A stretch of 64,000 nucleotides of DNA, taken from the NCBI GenBank assembly GCA_021399395.1, contig JAAFKJ010000001.1, forward strand, positions 7,357 through 71,356, read 5' to 3'. The position numbers and the translations under genes are program-made. Shown here one piece after another: positions 56,719-64,000 of the stretch. Under the pieces are notes generated by a model. The model was not told where the DNA came from. It was given only the letters and a program-made list of their open reading frames with translations, and did not search any database. The DNA comes from Candidatus Heimdallarchaeota archaeon. GTDB taxonomy: Archaea > Asgardarchaeota > Heimdallarchaeia > Heimdallarchaeales > Heimdallarchaeaceae. Position 1 is the stretch's first letter, and every line of letters starts with the position of its first letter.

Positions 56719-57401
56719 GTCAATTCCTCTTTTAAATTTTCAAAAATTATTTTTCCATCTTCTGATCCTAAATACAGAAAGCTGGCTCTTTCGGGATGGG
56801 GCATCATGCCTAACACATTGCCAGTTTTGTTAACTATCCCAGCTATATTTTCCAATGAACCATTTGGATTGCTTTCCTCATTAATTTCCCCCTGTTCATT
56901 GCAATAACTAAAGGCTATCTGATTATTATTTCCTAGCCTCTGGATGTTCGCTGGTTCGGAATAATAACGGCCTTCATAATGAGCAATTGGGAGCTTGAGT
57001 TTTTTATTTTCCATGCCTTTAAGTAAGGAGCATGAAGTTTGTTCAGTAGAGATATTTACCCACTTGCAGATGAATTTTGTAGAAGTGTTTGTAGTAAGTA
57101 TTCCAGGCAGTAATCCTAATTCACAGAGTATCTGAAAACCATTACAGATACCAATTACAAATTTGCCTGATTCAACATACTCTGGAAGTTTTTTTGCTAT
57201 AGGTGAATGAGATGCTATTGCACCTGGTCTTAGATAATCACCATAAGAGAACCCTCCTGCAATTATCAAAGCATCAACTTCTTCTAGAAGTTCAGAGTTA
57301 TTGGGAAAGATGTACTCATACCGAAGTCCCAGTGAACTTAAAACCCTAGCTACATCTTGTTCGTTATTTGTTCCTGGAAATTTAGTTATACCAATTTTCA
57401 G
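56712..57401 (-). CDS. purQ: phosphoribosylformylglycinamidine synthase subunit I (glutaminase); the start appears to be a non-canonical CTG
   Basis: GICNGFQIL (Cys nucleophile) and MPHPERA. The frame upstream of the track's ATG (57269) stays open and encodes (L)KIGITKFPGTNNEQDVARVL...DALIIAGGFSYGD, the conserved PurQ N-terminus. An in-frame TAA lies directly before CTG 57401..57399, and GGGTGAT lies 4 nt upstream. Confidence 0.85.
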   Translation of the reverse strand: MKIGITKFPGTNNEQDVARVLSSLGLRYEYIFPNNSELLEEVDALIIAGGFSYGDYLRPGAIASHSPIAKKLPEYVESGKFVIGICNGFQILCELGLLPGILTTNTSTKFICKWVNISTEQTSCSLLKGMENKKLKLPIAHYEGRYYSEPANIQRLGNNNQIAFSYCNEQGEINEESNPNGSLENIAGIVNKTGNVLGMMPHPERASFLYLGSEDGKIIFENLKEELTC

Positions 57402-57406
57402 TTATA

Positions 57407-58390
57407 TCACCCTTCGTTAGATGTCTCGAAATATTCCATGGATAACTTGGTTTCTTCAATCAAAGGATTTGAGAGAATTCTGTTGGATATTTCTTGTGTT
57501 TTTTTGTAAAGTGATTCAGAAGGAACGGATGAAAACTTGATACTAGCGTTTTTACCAAGTCTAACTGATTCAATATTCTCATATTCATTCCGTTTTAATG
57601 ACCTAAAAGTAACTTCACCGGCTGGGTCGAGAACTGAATCCTTTAGAGAAATCCGAATATTGGTTTTGGTGTTGAACTCTATATTAGGAAGTTCTGTGAT
57701 TGTTTCCAATCTTTCAAGTATATCCTTATAGTGTTGAATGACATCTCCAAGATCTTTTCGATATCTATCCTTATCCTTAATTTCCCCAGTATTAATTTCC
57801 CATAACCTCATTGTATCAGCTGAAATTTCATCTGCTATAATCAGTTTACCCTCATGACTTCTACCAAATTCAAGCTTAAAATCCACAAGTACAAGTGAGA
57901 TTGACTTGAATATATTTCTTAGAATATGATTCACTGCTAAAGTAACAGCTTTAATTATAGTTGCATCTTCACCCGATAGGTAGTTCATCAAGATTGCTGC
58001 TTCTTCTGTAATTAATGGATCATGTAATTCATCTTCCTTCAAAAAGAACTCAACTAAAGGTTGATCGAAGTTTGTTCCAATCTCAATCCCATATCTTCTA
58101 CAAAAACTTCCAGCAGCTATATTTCTACAAACTATTTCTACGGGAATTATATCGACTTTTTCACAAAGTAAATCTCTACTCGATATACTCTTGAGATAAT
58201 GTGTTTCTATATTATATTCATTCAAAATCTCAAATAGTTTTGCAGAAGTTCGGCAGTTAACTTCACCCTTATTCAGAAGTTCTTCTGTTTTTTCTCCATC
58301 AAATGCAGAAATCGAATCTCTAAAATGGATTTTAACTTCCTTTTCATCCAGAAGTTCTATATCTTTTGCTTTTCCAGAGTATCTCTCCAA
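57407..58390 (-). CDS. purC: SAICAR synthetase fused to a C-terminal PurS domain
   Basis: Residues 1 to ~235: YSGKAKDI, DSISAFDG, LVDFKLEFG (PurC). Residues ~241-327: IRISLKDSVLDPAGE...VRLGKNASIKF...ILSNPLIEE, matching PurS (compare VSLKESVLDPQG...VRIGK...LLANTVIED). TTG start. Confidence 0.88.
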   Translation of the reverse strand: MERYSGKAKDIELLDEKEVKIHFRDSISAFDGEKTEELLNKGEVNCRTSAKLFEILNEYNIETHYLKSISSRDLLCEKVDIIPVEIVCRNIAAGSFCRRYGIEIGTNFDQPLVEFFLKEDELHDPLITEEAAILMNYLSGEDATIIKAVTLAVNHILRNIFKSISLVLVDFKLEFGRSHEGKLIIADEISADTMRLWEINTGEIKDKDRYRKDLGDVIQHYKDILERLETITELPNIEFNTKTNIRISLKDSVLDPAGEVTFRSLKRNEYENIESVRLGKNASIKFSSVPSESLYKKTQEISNRILSNPLIEETKLSMEYFETSNEG

Positions 58391-58403
58391 ATTTTACACC
58401 ACT

Positions 58404-58419
58404 TTGCATTATTTTGCAA
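58404..58419. promoter_or_regulatory. palindrome TTGCA-ttattt-TGCAA (extends to TTTGCA/TGCAAA), just upstream of the purC-purS start
   Basis: Read directly from the sequence. It lies 13 nt from the TTG start of the minus-strand pur operon. Confidence 0.55.
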
Positions 58420-58548
58420 ATTAATGACTTTTTGAAACTGGGAATTTTAGTATGTATAGTTTTTAAACTTTCTGGATAATACTATTAAAAAACCTATAGA
58501 ATCAACTTAAGGGTTTATGAAAATACACAAATATAAAAAGATAAGTTC

Positions 58549-58564
58549 TTGCACAGTAATGCAA
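58549..58564. promoter_or_regulatory. palindrome TTGCA-cagtaa-TGCAA upstream of the HTH-PRTase gene
   Basis: Read directly. It lies about 9 nt downstream of the TATA-like ATATAAAAAG (58531..58540) and about 50 nt upstream of ATG 58614. Confidence 0.55.
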
Positions 58565-58613
58565 AACCTTTTCAATGATATGAAAAGGACTATATTGAAA
58601 AACAAGTGATATT

Positions 58614-59393
58614 ATGTCAAATGCAAGCACACCTGATAGTTATATTGATGCTCAAGAGAAACTAATGACACTTAATCTTCTTCAGATGGCCTTTAAAAAA
58701 TTCGACACTCTTGAAACATGCAGATCATTTCTTCAAGAACATGGGGTTGAGGTTTCTGTTGCAAACCTTTCTAGATATATCAACGGGAAAGCAATTCCAA
58801 AATCAAAACTCAAAAATTCTTTGCTCAAAGTCCTGATAGACAACAAAGAACTTGGTTTAACAATTAAAGAGCTCATAATCAAACACTTAGATATCAAGAC
58901 CGATGAAACAGGTATGATTACAGTAAACAATACCTATTTGCTAAATGACTCAAAAACCTTGAAAGCGATTTTATTTCTAGCAATCCAACAAGGCATTATT
59001 CCAAGAGAGGTTGATAAAGTGATAACTGCTGAAGTTGATGGAATTCCAATTGCAATGACTCTTGCTCATCTTCTTAACATTGATTGTGTTTATGCAAGGA
59101 AGAAGAAACCCATTGGTACCTCTGAGTTTCATAGTGAGGATATTATTTCAGCGAATACTAGTAGAATGGAGACAATCTATTTTCCAGATAAATTCATCAG
59201 AAAGAATGAGAGGGTTATAATCATCGATGACATTATTCGCTCAGGTGCAACACAAACGGCACTAGTTAATCTTGTAAATAAATGTGAAGGAATTCCTCTA
59301 AAAATCATCATACTAACTGGTGTTGGAGGACACTGGGAAAAAACTACTAAATTAAAGTTTACTGATTTCAAAACTCTAGTTACTCTAAAATAA
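58614..59393 (+). CDS. XRE-type HTH domain fused to a type I phosphoribosyltransferase domain; putative nucleotide-biosynthesis regulator
   Basis: N-terminal VSVANLSRYINGKAIPK (Cro/C1-like HTH recognition helix). C-terminal PRPP-binding loop VIIIDDIIRSGATQ. It lies divergent from the pur operon, 16 nt upstream of purP. Confidence 0.7.
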   Translation: MSNASTPDSYIDAQEKLMTLNLLQMAFKKFDTLETCRSFLQEHGVEVSVANLSRYINGKAIPKSKLKNSLLKVLIDNKELGLTIKELIIKHLDIKTDETGMITVNNTYLLNDSKTLKAILFLAIQQGIIPREVDKVITAEVDGIPIAMTLAHLLNIDCVYARKKKPIGTSEFHSEDIISANTSRMETIYFPDKFIRKNERVIIIDDIIRSGATQTALVNLVNKCEGIPLKIIILTGVGGHWEKTTKLKFTDFKTLVTLK

Positions 59394-59409
59394 CGGCAGA
59401 TGGTGTTAT

Positions 59410-60492
59410 ATGATTCAAGAACTGATAAAACAATATGATTATGAGAACATTAGTGTAGGAGTAATTGGATCCCACTCTGCTCTCGATATATTAGATGGTG
59501 CAAAAAAAACAAGATTCAAAACCACAGTAATTTGCGAAAAAGGAAGGGAAGAGCCCTATACAAGATTTGATAGGATCATAGATAATTTGATAATTTTAGA
59601 TAAGTTCTCGGACATATATTCAATCCAAGAGGAATTAAGAGAAGAGAATTGCATTTTCGTACCAAATCGTTCTTTTGCCGTGTATTGTAATACAAACCGA
59701 ATTGAAAAAGAATTTAGAGTGCCTTTGTTCGGTTCAAGAGAACTCCTAAAAGTTGAGGAAAGGGTAGGACTGCACAATTATTATGAAGTACTAGATGCAG
59801 CAAAAATAAAATATCCTAAAACTTTCAAAAATCCAGAGGAAATTGATTGTCCAGTCATATGCAAAATGCCTCATGCTAAACTTGAAGTTGAAAGAGGTTT
59901 CTTTGTAGCAAAAGATAAAGAAAATTTTTTTGAGGAATTCAATAAGCGTGTCGAAAATGGTACAATAAGAAGAGGTGATCTTTCTAAGGCATCGATAGAA
60001 GAATTCATTTCTGGTGTTACATTCAATTTCAATATCTTTTACTCCCCGATATATAATCGAACAGAATTAATTGGGATAGACCGTCGTTTTGTTACAGATC
60101 TAGATGGAATTGTACGTTTGCCTGCGGAACAACAACTTCAACTAGAACTTGAAGAAGAAATGAAAGAGATAGGCAACTATGCTGTTACTTTAAGAGAATC
60201 AATGTTAAGACACGTATTTCCAATGGCAGACGACTTCGTTAAAGCAACAAAGAAACTCTATCCTCCGGGCATTATTGGCCCATTTGCGCTTCAAACCATG
60301 ATAACTAAGGATTACGAATTCATAGTATTCGATGTATCCATGAGAATGGGTGGTGGAACAAATAGTTTCATGGGGACAGGCAGTCAATATTCAGCTGTTT
60401 ATTGGGGAGAACCAATCTCAGCAGGTAAGCGAGTTGGAATGGAAATAAGAAGAGCCGTTGAACAAAACAGATTGCAGTATATTGTAACTTGA
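59410..60492 (+). CDS. PurP-family ATP-grasp protein (5-formaminoimidazole-4-carboxamide ribonucleotide synthetase family), divergent paralog
   Basis: VIGSHSALDILDGAKK, VPLFGSRELL, PPGIIGPFALQ, GGGTNSF. Confidence 0.8.
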   Translation: MIQELIKQYDYENISVGVIGSHSALDILDGAKKTRFKTTVICEKGREEPYTRFDRIIDNLIILDKFSDIYSIQEELREENCIFVPNRSFAVYCNTNRIEKEFRVPLFGSRELLKVEERVGLHNYYEVLDAAKIKYPKTFKNPEEIDCPVICKMPHAKLEVERGFFVAKDKENFFEEFNKRVENGTIRRGDLSKASIEEFISGVTFNFNIFYSPIYNRTELIGIDRRFVTDLDGIVRLPAEQQLQLELEEEMKEIGNYAVTLRESMLRHVFPMADDFVKATKKLYPPGIIGPFALQTMITKDYEFIVFDVSMRMGGGTNSFMGTGSQYSAVYWGEPISAGKRVGMEIRRAVEQNRLQYIVT

Positions 60493-60526
60493 GAGTACTA
60501 ATAATCGTAAAAAGAAAATGAAGAAT

Positions 60527-60576
60527 ATTCAACATTCAAAGGATTACACTGAAGAATTCTTCGAATGATGTTGAAT
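60527..60576. repeat. nested inverted repeat between the two purP paralogs
   Basis: Outer arms ATTCAACAT (60527..60535) and ATGTTGAAT (60568..60576). They enclose the perfect 12-bp palindrome GAAGAATTCTTC (60551..60562). Confidence 0.6.
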
Positions 60577-60616
60577 GTTAGACTAAAGAAATAAAAACAG
60601 TTTCAAAAACTACGAT

Positions 60617-61621
60617 GTGAATAACTTGATAATCTCAACCATAGGAAGTCATTCCGCACTTCAAATATTATTTGGAGCTAAACAAGAGAATTTCAATACC
60701 AAAGTATATTGCTTAAAGGACCGAGATAGTCTTTACCGAAGATATCCCGTCGCAAATGAAATAGTCACACTTGATTCTTATGAAGATCTTCTAGAAATTG
60801 CTGCTGATTCCCAAGAAATTTTTATTCCTCATGGTACTCTGATTGCGGCTCTAGGAGACAAATTAAGGGACATTTCTATACCTATGTTTGGAAATAGAGA
60901 GGGGATGTTGTGGGAGATGAATCGAGCAAAGAATCAAAAACTTCTGGAAACTGCAGGAATTAGAGTTCCTCGAACACTGAAATCTGATGATATCACCGAG
61001 TTAGCGATCGTGAAATTTCCAGGAGCTATGGGTGGTTCAGGGTATTTTGTTTGCTCCTCCTCTGATGAATTCGATACCAAAATTAATGATTTAGTCTCTC
61101 AAAATAAGATCTCAGATTATGACATTAAAAATGCCCAAATTCAAGAGTATGTAACTGGAGTAACTATGTATCCCCATTACTTCTATTCTGGGATCTATGA
61201 AAGAGTTGAGATGCTTGGAATAGATAGGAGATATGAAACCAACGTAGATGCGCTAGGTCGATTATCTCAGAACGATCATCCAGTTGAACCCTCATATAAG
61301 GTAGTTGGGAATCAACCTTTAATTGCAAGAGAATCTCTATTACCACAAATCCTAGAACATGGTGATAAATTGAGGGAAGCTTCAACAAATCTTTTTGCAC
61401 CAGGTTTGATAGGTCCATATTGTATAGAAATGGCCATTACATCAGAAGAGATAGTTGCTTTTGAATTTACTAGCAGAATTGTAGCGGGTACAAGTTTGTA
61501 TGTAAACGGTTCACCTTATTCAAAGATCTTATTCAATGAAGAAATGAGTATGGCTAAGCGTATTGCAAGGGAGATAAAAATGGCAATGGGGCAAAGAAGG
61601 CTGCAGGAGTTCCTTACATAA
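60617..61621 (+). CDS. purP: 5-formaminoimidazole-4-carboxamide-1-(beta)-D-ribofuranosyl 5'-monophosphate synthetase
   Basis: STIGSHSALQILFGAKQ, IPMFGNRE, VKFPGAMGGSGYF, ARESLLPQ, APGLIGPYC, MAKRIAREIKMA. GTG start. Confidence 0.85.
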   Translation: MNNLIISTIGSHSALQILFGAKQENFNTKVYCLKDRDSLYRRYPVANEIVTLDSYEDLLEIAADSQEIFIPHGTLIAALGDKLRDISIPMFGNREGMLWEMNRAKNQKLLETAGIRVPRTLKSDDITELAIVKFPGAMGGSGYFVCSSSDEFDTKINDLVSQNKISDYDIKNAQIQEYVTGVTMYPHYFYSGIYERVEMLGIDRRYETNVDALGRLSQNDHPVEPSYKVVGNQPLIARESLLPQILEHGDKLREASTNLFAPGLIGPYCIEMAITSEEIVAFEFTSRIVAGTSLYVNGSPYSKILFNEEMSMAKRIAREIKMAMGQRRLQEFLT

Positions 61622-61632
61622 AAGGTGATGAA

Positions 61633-63141
61633 ATGGATAAAATCGGAGTATTTGATTTTGGTGGCCAATATTGCCATCTTATTGCTAGAAGGATTAGAGA
61701 TTTAGGTGTTTATGCTGAGATAATCTATGAACCTTCTCAGGAGTACAAAGGTTTCATTTTATCAGGGGGACCGGGTAATATCTCTGAAGAAGAAGCACCC
61801 CAATTACCAGAAGAATTCTTCAATGAGGTGGAAGTACCAGTTCTTGGGATATGTTATGGTCATCAAATGATTGCACAGACTTTTGGAGGAAAAGTTGAAA
61901 GAGGGAGAGAAAGAGAATACGGGAAGAAAACAGCCATTCTTGAAAACTCTTCTTCTTTGTTTAAGGGTTTGAATAAGGAGGAACAAGTCTGGATGTCACA
62001 TTATGATCAAGTTACGATTCTACCTGATGATTTCGATGTCATTGGTTCAACTGACATCTGTGGAATAGCAGCATATCAAAACATCCACAAAAATATTTTT
62101 GGGGTCCAATTTCATCCAGAAGTCATTCACACTATAAATGGCACTAAAATTCTTAAAAACTTTTTAGATATTATTGGATGTAAGAGAGAATGGAAACTAA
62201 GTCAATGGGTGGAAAAGAAAATACACGAACTGCAAACAGAGATAGGTTCTAACAGAGTAATCATGGCAGTTAGTGGAGGAGTAGATAGTACAGTAGCTGC
62301 TGCACTTCTAACTAAAGCTAAGATAAACGCTCATTTCATACATGTAGACACTGGTCTCATGAGATTGAATGAATCAGAGGAAGTAGCAAAAATTTTCGAG
62401 GATTTGGGCACGGAAAACCTTCATATTGTAGATGCTAAAAAAAGATTTTTTAAGAGATTAGAAGATATCTCTGATCCAGAATTAAAGCGGAAGATAATTG
62501 GAAACCTCTTTATCGATATTTTTGAAGAAGAATCTGATAGATTAGACAATTTTGATTTCTTAGGACAAGGAACAATATATCCAGATAGAATAGAAAGCGC
62601 TCAACCAAGTAAACATGCAAGTGTAATCAAAACCCACCATAATGTTGGTGGTCTTCCTGAAAGAATGAAGTTAAAATTAATTGAGCCTCTCAATGAGCTT
62701 TACAAGGATGAAGTCAGAAAAATAGGCGAGATGTTAGGTCTTCCAAAGAGATACATTGATAGACACCCATTCCCAGGTCCGGCTCTTGCAATCAGGATCT
62801 TAGGCATAGTTACTGAAGAGAGAGTGGATATATTAAGAAAAGCTGATGCGATTGTTACACAAATCATAGAGAATAATGGTATTTATGATTCTCTTTGGCA
62901 AGTTTTTCCTGCACTCATCCCTGTTAAATCTGTAGGTGTGATGGGAGATAAAAGAACATATGAATATATCTTAACCATTAGAGCTGTTGAATCAGTAGAC
63001 GCGATGACAGCTGATTGGGCAAGATTAGATTATGATGTTTTAGAAGAAATATCCACAAAGATCATCAATAAAGTAAATGGTGTGAATAGAGTCCTATATG
63101 ATATCACCAGCAAACCCCCAGGTACAATTGAATATGAATAA
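61633..63141 (+). CDS. guaA: GMP synthase (glutamine-hydrolysing), with GATase and ATP-pyrophosphatase domains fused
   Basis: GICYGHQ, FHPEV, SGGVDSTV (PP-loop), C-terminal KPPGTIEYE. ATG is preceded by AGGTGATG. Confidence 0.93.
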   Translation: MDKIGVFDFGGQYCHLIARRIRDLGVYAEIIYEPSQEYKGFILSGGPGNISEEEAPQLPEEFFNEVEVPVLGICYGHQMIAQTFGGKVERGREREYGKKTAILENSSSLFKGLNKEEQVWMSHYDQVTILPDDFDVIGSTDICGIAAYQNIHKNIFGVQFHPEVIHTINGTKILKNFLDIIGCKREWKLSQWVEKKIHELQTEIGSNRVIMAVSGGVDSTVAAALLTKAKINAHFIHVDTGLMRLNESEEVAKIFEDLGTENLHIVDAKKRFFKRLEDISDPELKRKIIGNLFIDIFEEESDRLDNFDFLGQGTIYPDRIESAQPSKHASVIKTHHNVGGLPERMKLKLIEPLNELYKDEVRKIGEMLGLPKRYIDRHPFPGPALAIRILGIVTEERVDILRKADAIVTQIIENNGIYDSLWQVFPALIPVKSVGVMGDKRTYEYILTIRAVESVDAMTADWARLDYDVLEEISTKIINKVNGVNRVLYDITSKPPGTIEYE

Positions 63142-63160
63142 AATGATAAAGGTTAGAAAA

Positions 63161-63769
63161 ATGAAAGCAAATTTGCAAGAACTGACAAAGCAGATTATTA
63201 AGCAGGGAATTTTGAAGTTTGGCGATTTTACCTTGAAATCAGGTAAAAAATCCTGGTTCTATCTCGATTTAAGATTGATATCATCTTTTCCAGATACTTT
63301 TAATTTCGTAATCAAATGTTATAAAAAGAAATTAAAAGAAATAGGTAAATATGACGCTGTAGTAGGTGTAGCTGTAGCTGGTGTGCCTTTTTCTGCTGTT
63401 TTGGGTTACACTTTGAACATTCCCTCCTTAATTATAAGGACGCAAAAAAAAGATCATGGTTTGAGGAATAAAATTGAGGGGTTTCTTCCAGAAAAATCAA
63501 CTATTGTTCTCATAGATGATTTAATAACGACAGGTTCTAGCAAAATTCCTGGCATACTTGCATTACGTGAAATGGGATATGTTGTAAAAGATATGTTGGT
63601 TTTAGTTGACCGAAGCCAAGGTCATAGTGGTCAAATTGATCAACTAGGAGTAAAACTTCATTCATTTGCTTCAATTGAGCAGATATTTACAGAAAGCCTA
63701 CATCTTGATGATGACATTTTAGATGAGAAAACAAGAGAAATTATAGCTAAAAATCTTAGAACCGATTAA
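63161..63769 (+). CDS. pyrE: orotate phosphoribosyltransferase
   Basis: GDFTLKSGKKSWFYLDLR, PRT loop IVLIDDLITTGSS. Start is ATG 63161 or 63143; the track's 63098 overlaps guaA. Confidence 0.88.
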   Translation: MKANLQELTKQIIKQGILKFGDFTLKSGKKSWFYLDLRLISSFPDTFNFVIKCYKKKLKEIGKYDAVVGVAVAGVPFSAVLGYTLNIPSLIIRTQKKDHGLRNKIEGFLPEKSTIVLIDDLITTGSSKIPGILALREMGYVVKDMLVLVDRSQGHSGQIDQLGVKLHSFASIEQIFTESLHLDDDILDEKTREIIAKNLRTD

Positions 63770-63795
63770 GCAAGATACCTTCATGAACAAATCCG

Positions 63796-64000
63796 TTATT
63801 CATTGAACTGTTTTTGGAATTGCGCTGCAATTTCAGCTGGATTTTCTGAATAGATAATAGATCTTCCAACATTTATCATTAAGTTTCTATTGAATCTTCT
63901 TATGATATCGTTCGCATCCCCACCTTGAGCACCAACTCCGGGAACAAGTAAGAGCATATTTTCATCTATCGAATTTTTAATTAGTTCTAAATTTTCTAAT
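63796..64000 (-). CDS. pyrF: orotidine-5'-phosphate decarboxylase, C-terminal fragment (N-terminus beyond the window edge)
   Basis: Absent from the ORF track. My minus-strand translation gives ...MLLLVPGVGAQGGDANDII...LMINVGRSIIYSENPAEIAAQFQKQFNE*, with canonical PGVGAQGG and VGRSI motifs. Stop at 63796..63798. Confidence 0.8.
   Translation of the reverse strand, partial: LENLELIKNSIDENMLLLVPGVGAQGGDANDIIRRFNRNLMINVGRSIIYSENPAEIAAQFQKQFNE

Noticed and set aside
56712-57269. purQ as an N-terminally truncated pseudogene (185 aa from the first ATG)
   Set aside because: The upstream in-frame 44 codons are open and encode the conserved PurQ N-terminus, with an SD-like motif in front. A full-length gene with a non-canonical or miscalled start is more likely.
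60493-60616. Purine-type riboswitch between the purP paralogs
   Set aside because: The spacer is too short, and the simple nested hairpin shows no three-way junction or conserved core that I can recognise.
1-64000. CRISPR arrays, transposases, integrases, prophage or defence islands
   Set aside because: I saw no spaced direct-repeat arrays, no recombinase or transposase motifs and no long non-coding stretches. Apart from about a dozen small or unrecognised ORFs, the ORFs are assignable to housekeeping, transport or metabolic families.

Overview
AT-rich (roughly 30% G+C by eye), very gene-dense archaeal chromosomal segment. It holds about 63 protein genes and one tRNA, with spacers mostly under 230 bp. 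I saw no rRNA, CRISPR array, transposase, integrase or prophage-like block. Archaeal hallmarks are a membrane-inserted LonB protease, a family-B DNA polymerase, two PurP paralogs, a geranylgeranyl-reductase-like flavoprotein and a Trm11/Trm-G10 methyltransferase. A RING-like zinc-finger protein and the base composition fit an Asgard (Lokiarchaeia-like) genome, but I cannot verify that without a database search. Many starts are preceded by a GGTGAT/GGAGG Shine-Dalgarno-like motif, and several gene pairs overlap by ATGA. Layout: (i) 1-4 kb, trm11-like, prs and lonB. (ii) 4-10.3 kb, two radical-SAM activase-like genes, small hypotheticals and two tandem SufS/CsdA-like genes that both appear to lack the PLP lysine. 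(iii) 10.3-27 kb, mixed housekeeping: tRNA-Gly, LarA-like, MFS, NUDIX, PolB with degenerate exonuclease motifs, ArsR-like, Hsp20, AmrS, TldD/PmbA, CDF and GGR. (iv) 27.3-32.9 kb, a MacB/FtsX-type ABC system with two different ATPases, one carrying a ~400-aa unknown N-terminal domain. (v) 33-37.6 kb, a flippase, sulfotransferase, acetyltransferase and methyltransferase cluster. (vi) 40.4-44.6 kb, fixABCX/etf interrupted by an unknown ORF. (vii) 47.5-64 kb, a 17-gene nucleotide-biosynthesis supercluster. The most interesting signals are in the supercluster. An exact palindrome TTGCA-N6-TGCAA occurs three times, only in pur/pyr promoter regions, and a relaxed copy lies upstream of prs. An XRE-HTH + phosphoribosyltransferase-domain protein sits beside the pur operon and is a candidate PRPP-sensing regulator. 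There is also a PurC-PurS fusion, a purQ that seems to start at CTG, and a degenerate OMP-decarboxylase paralog. All protein calls come from motif recognition by eye, and no searches were run.
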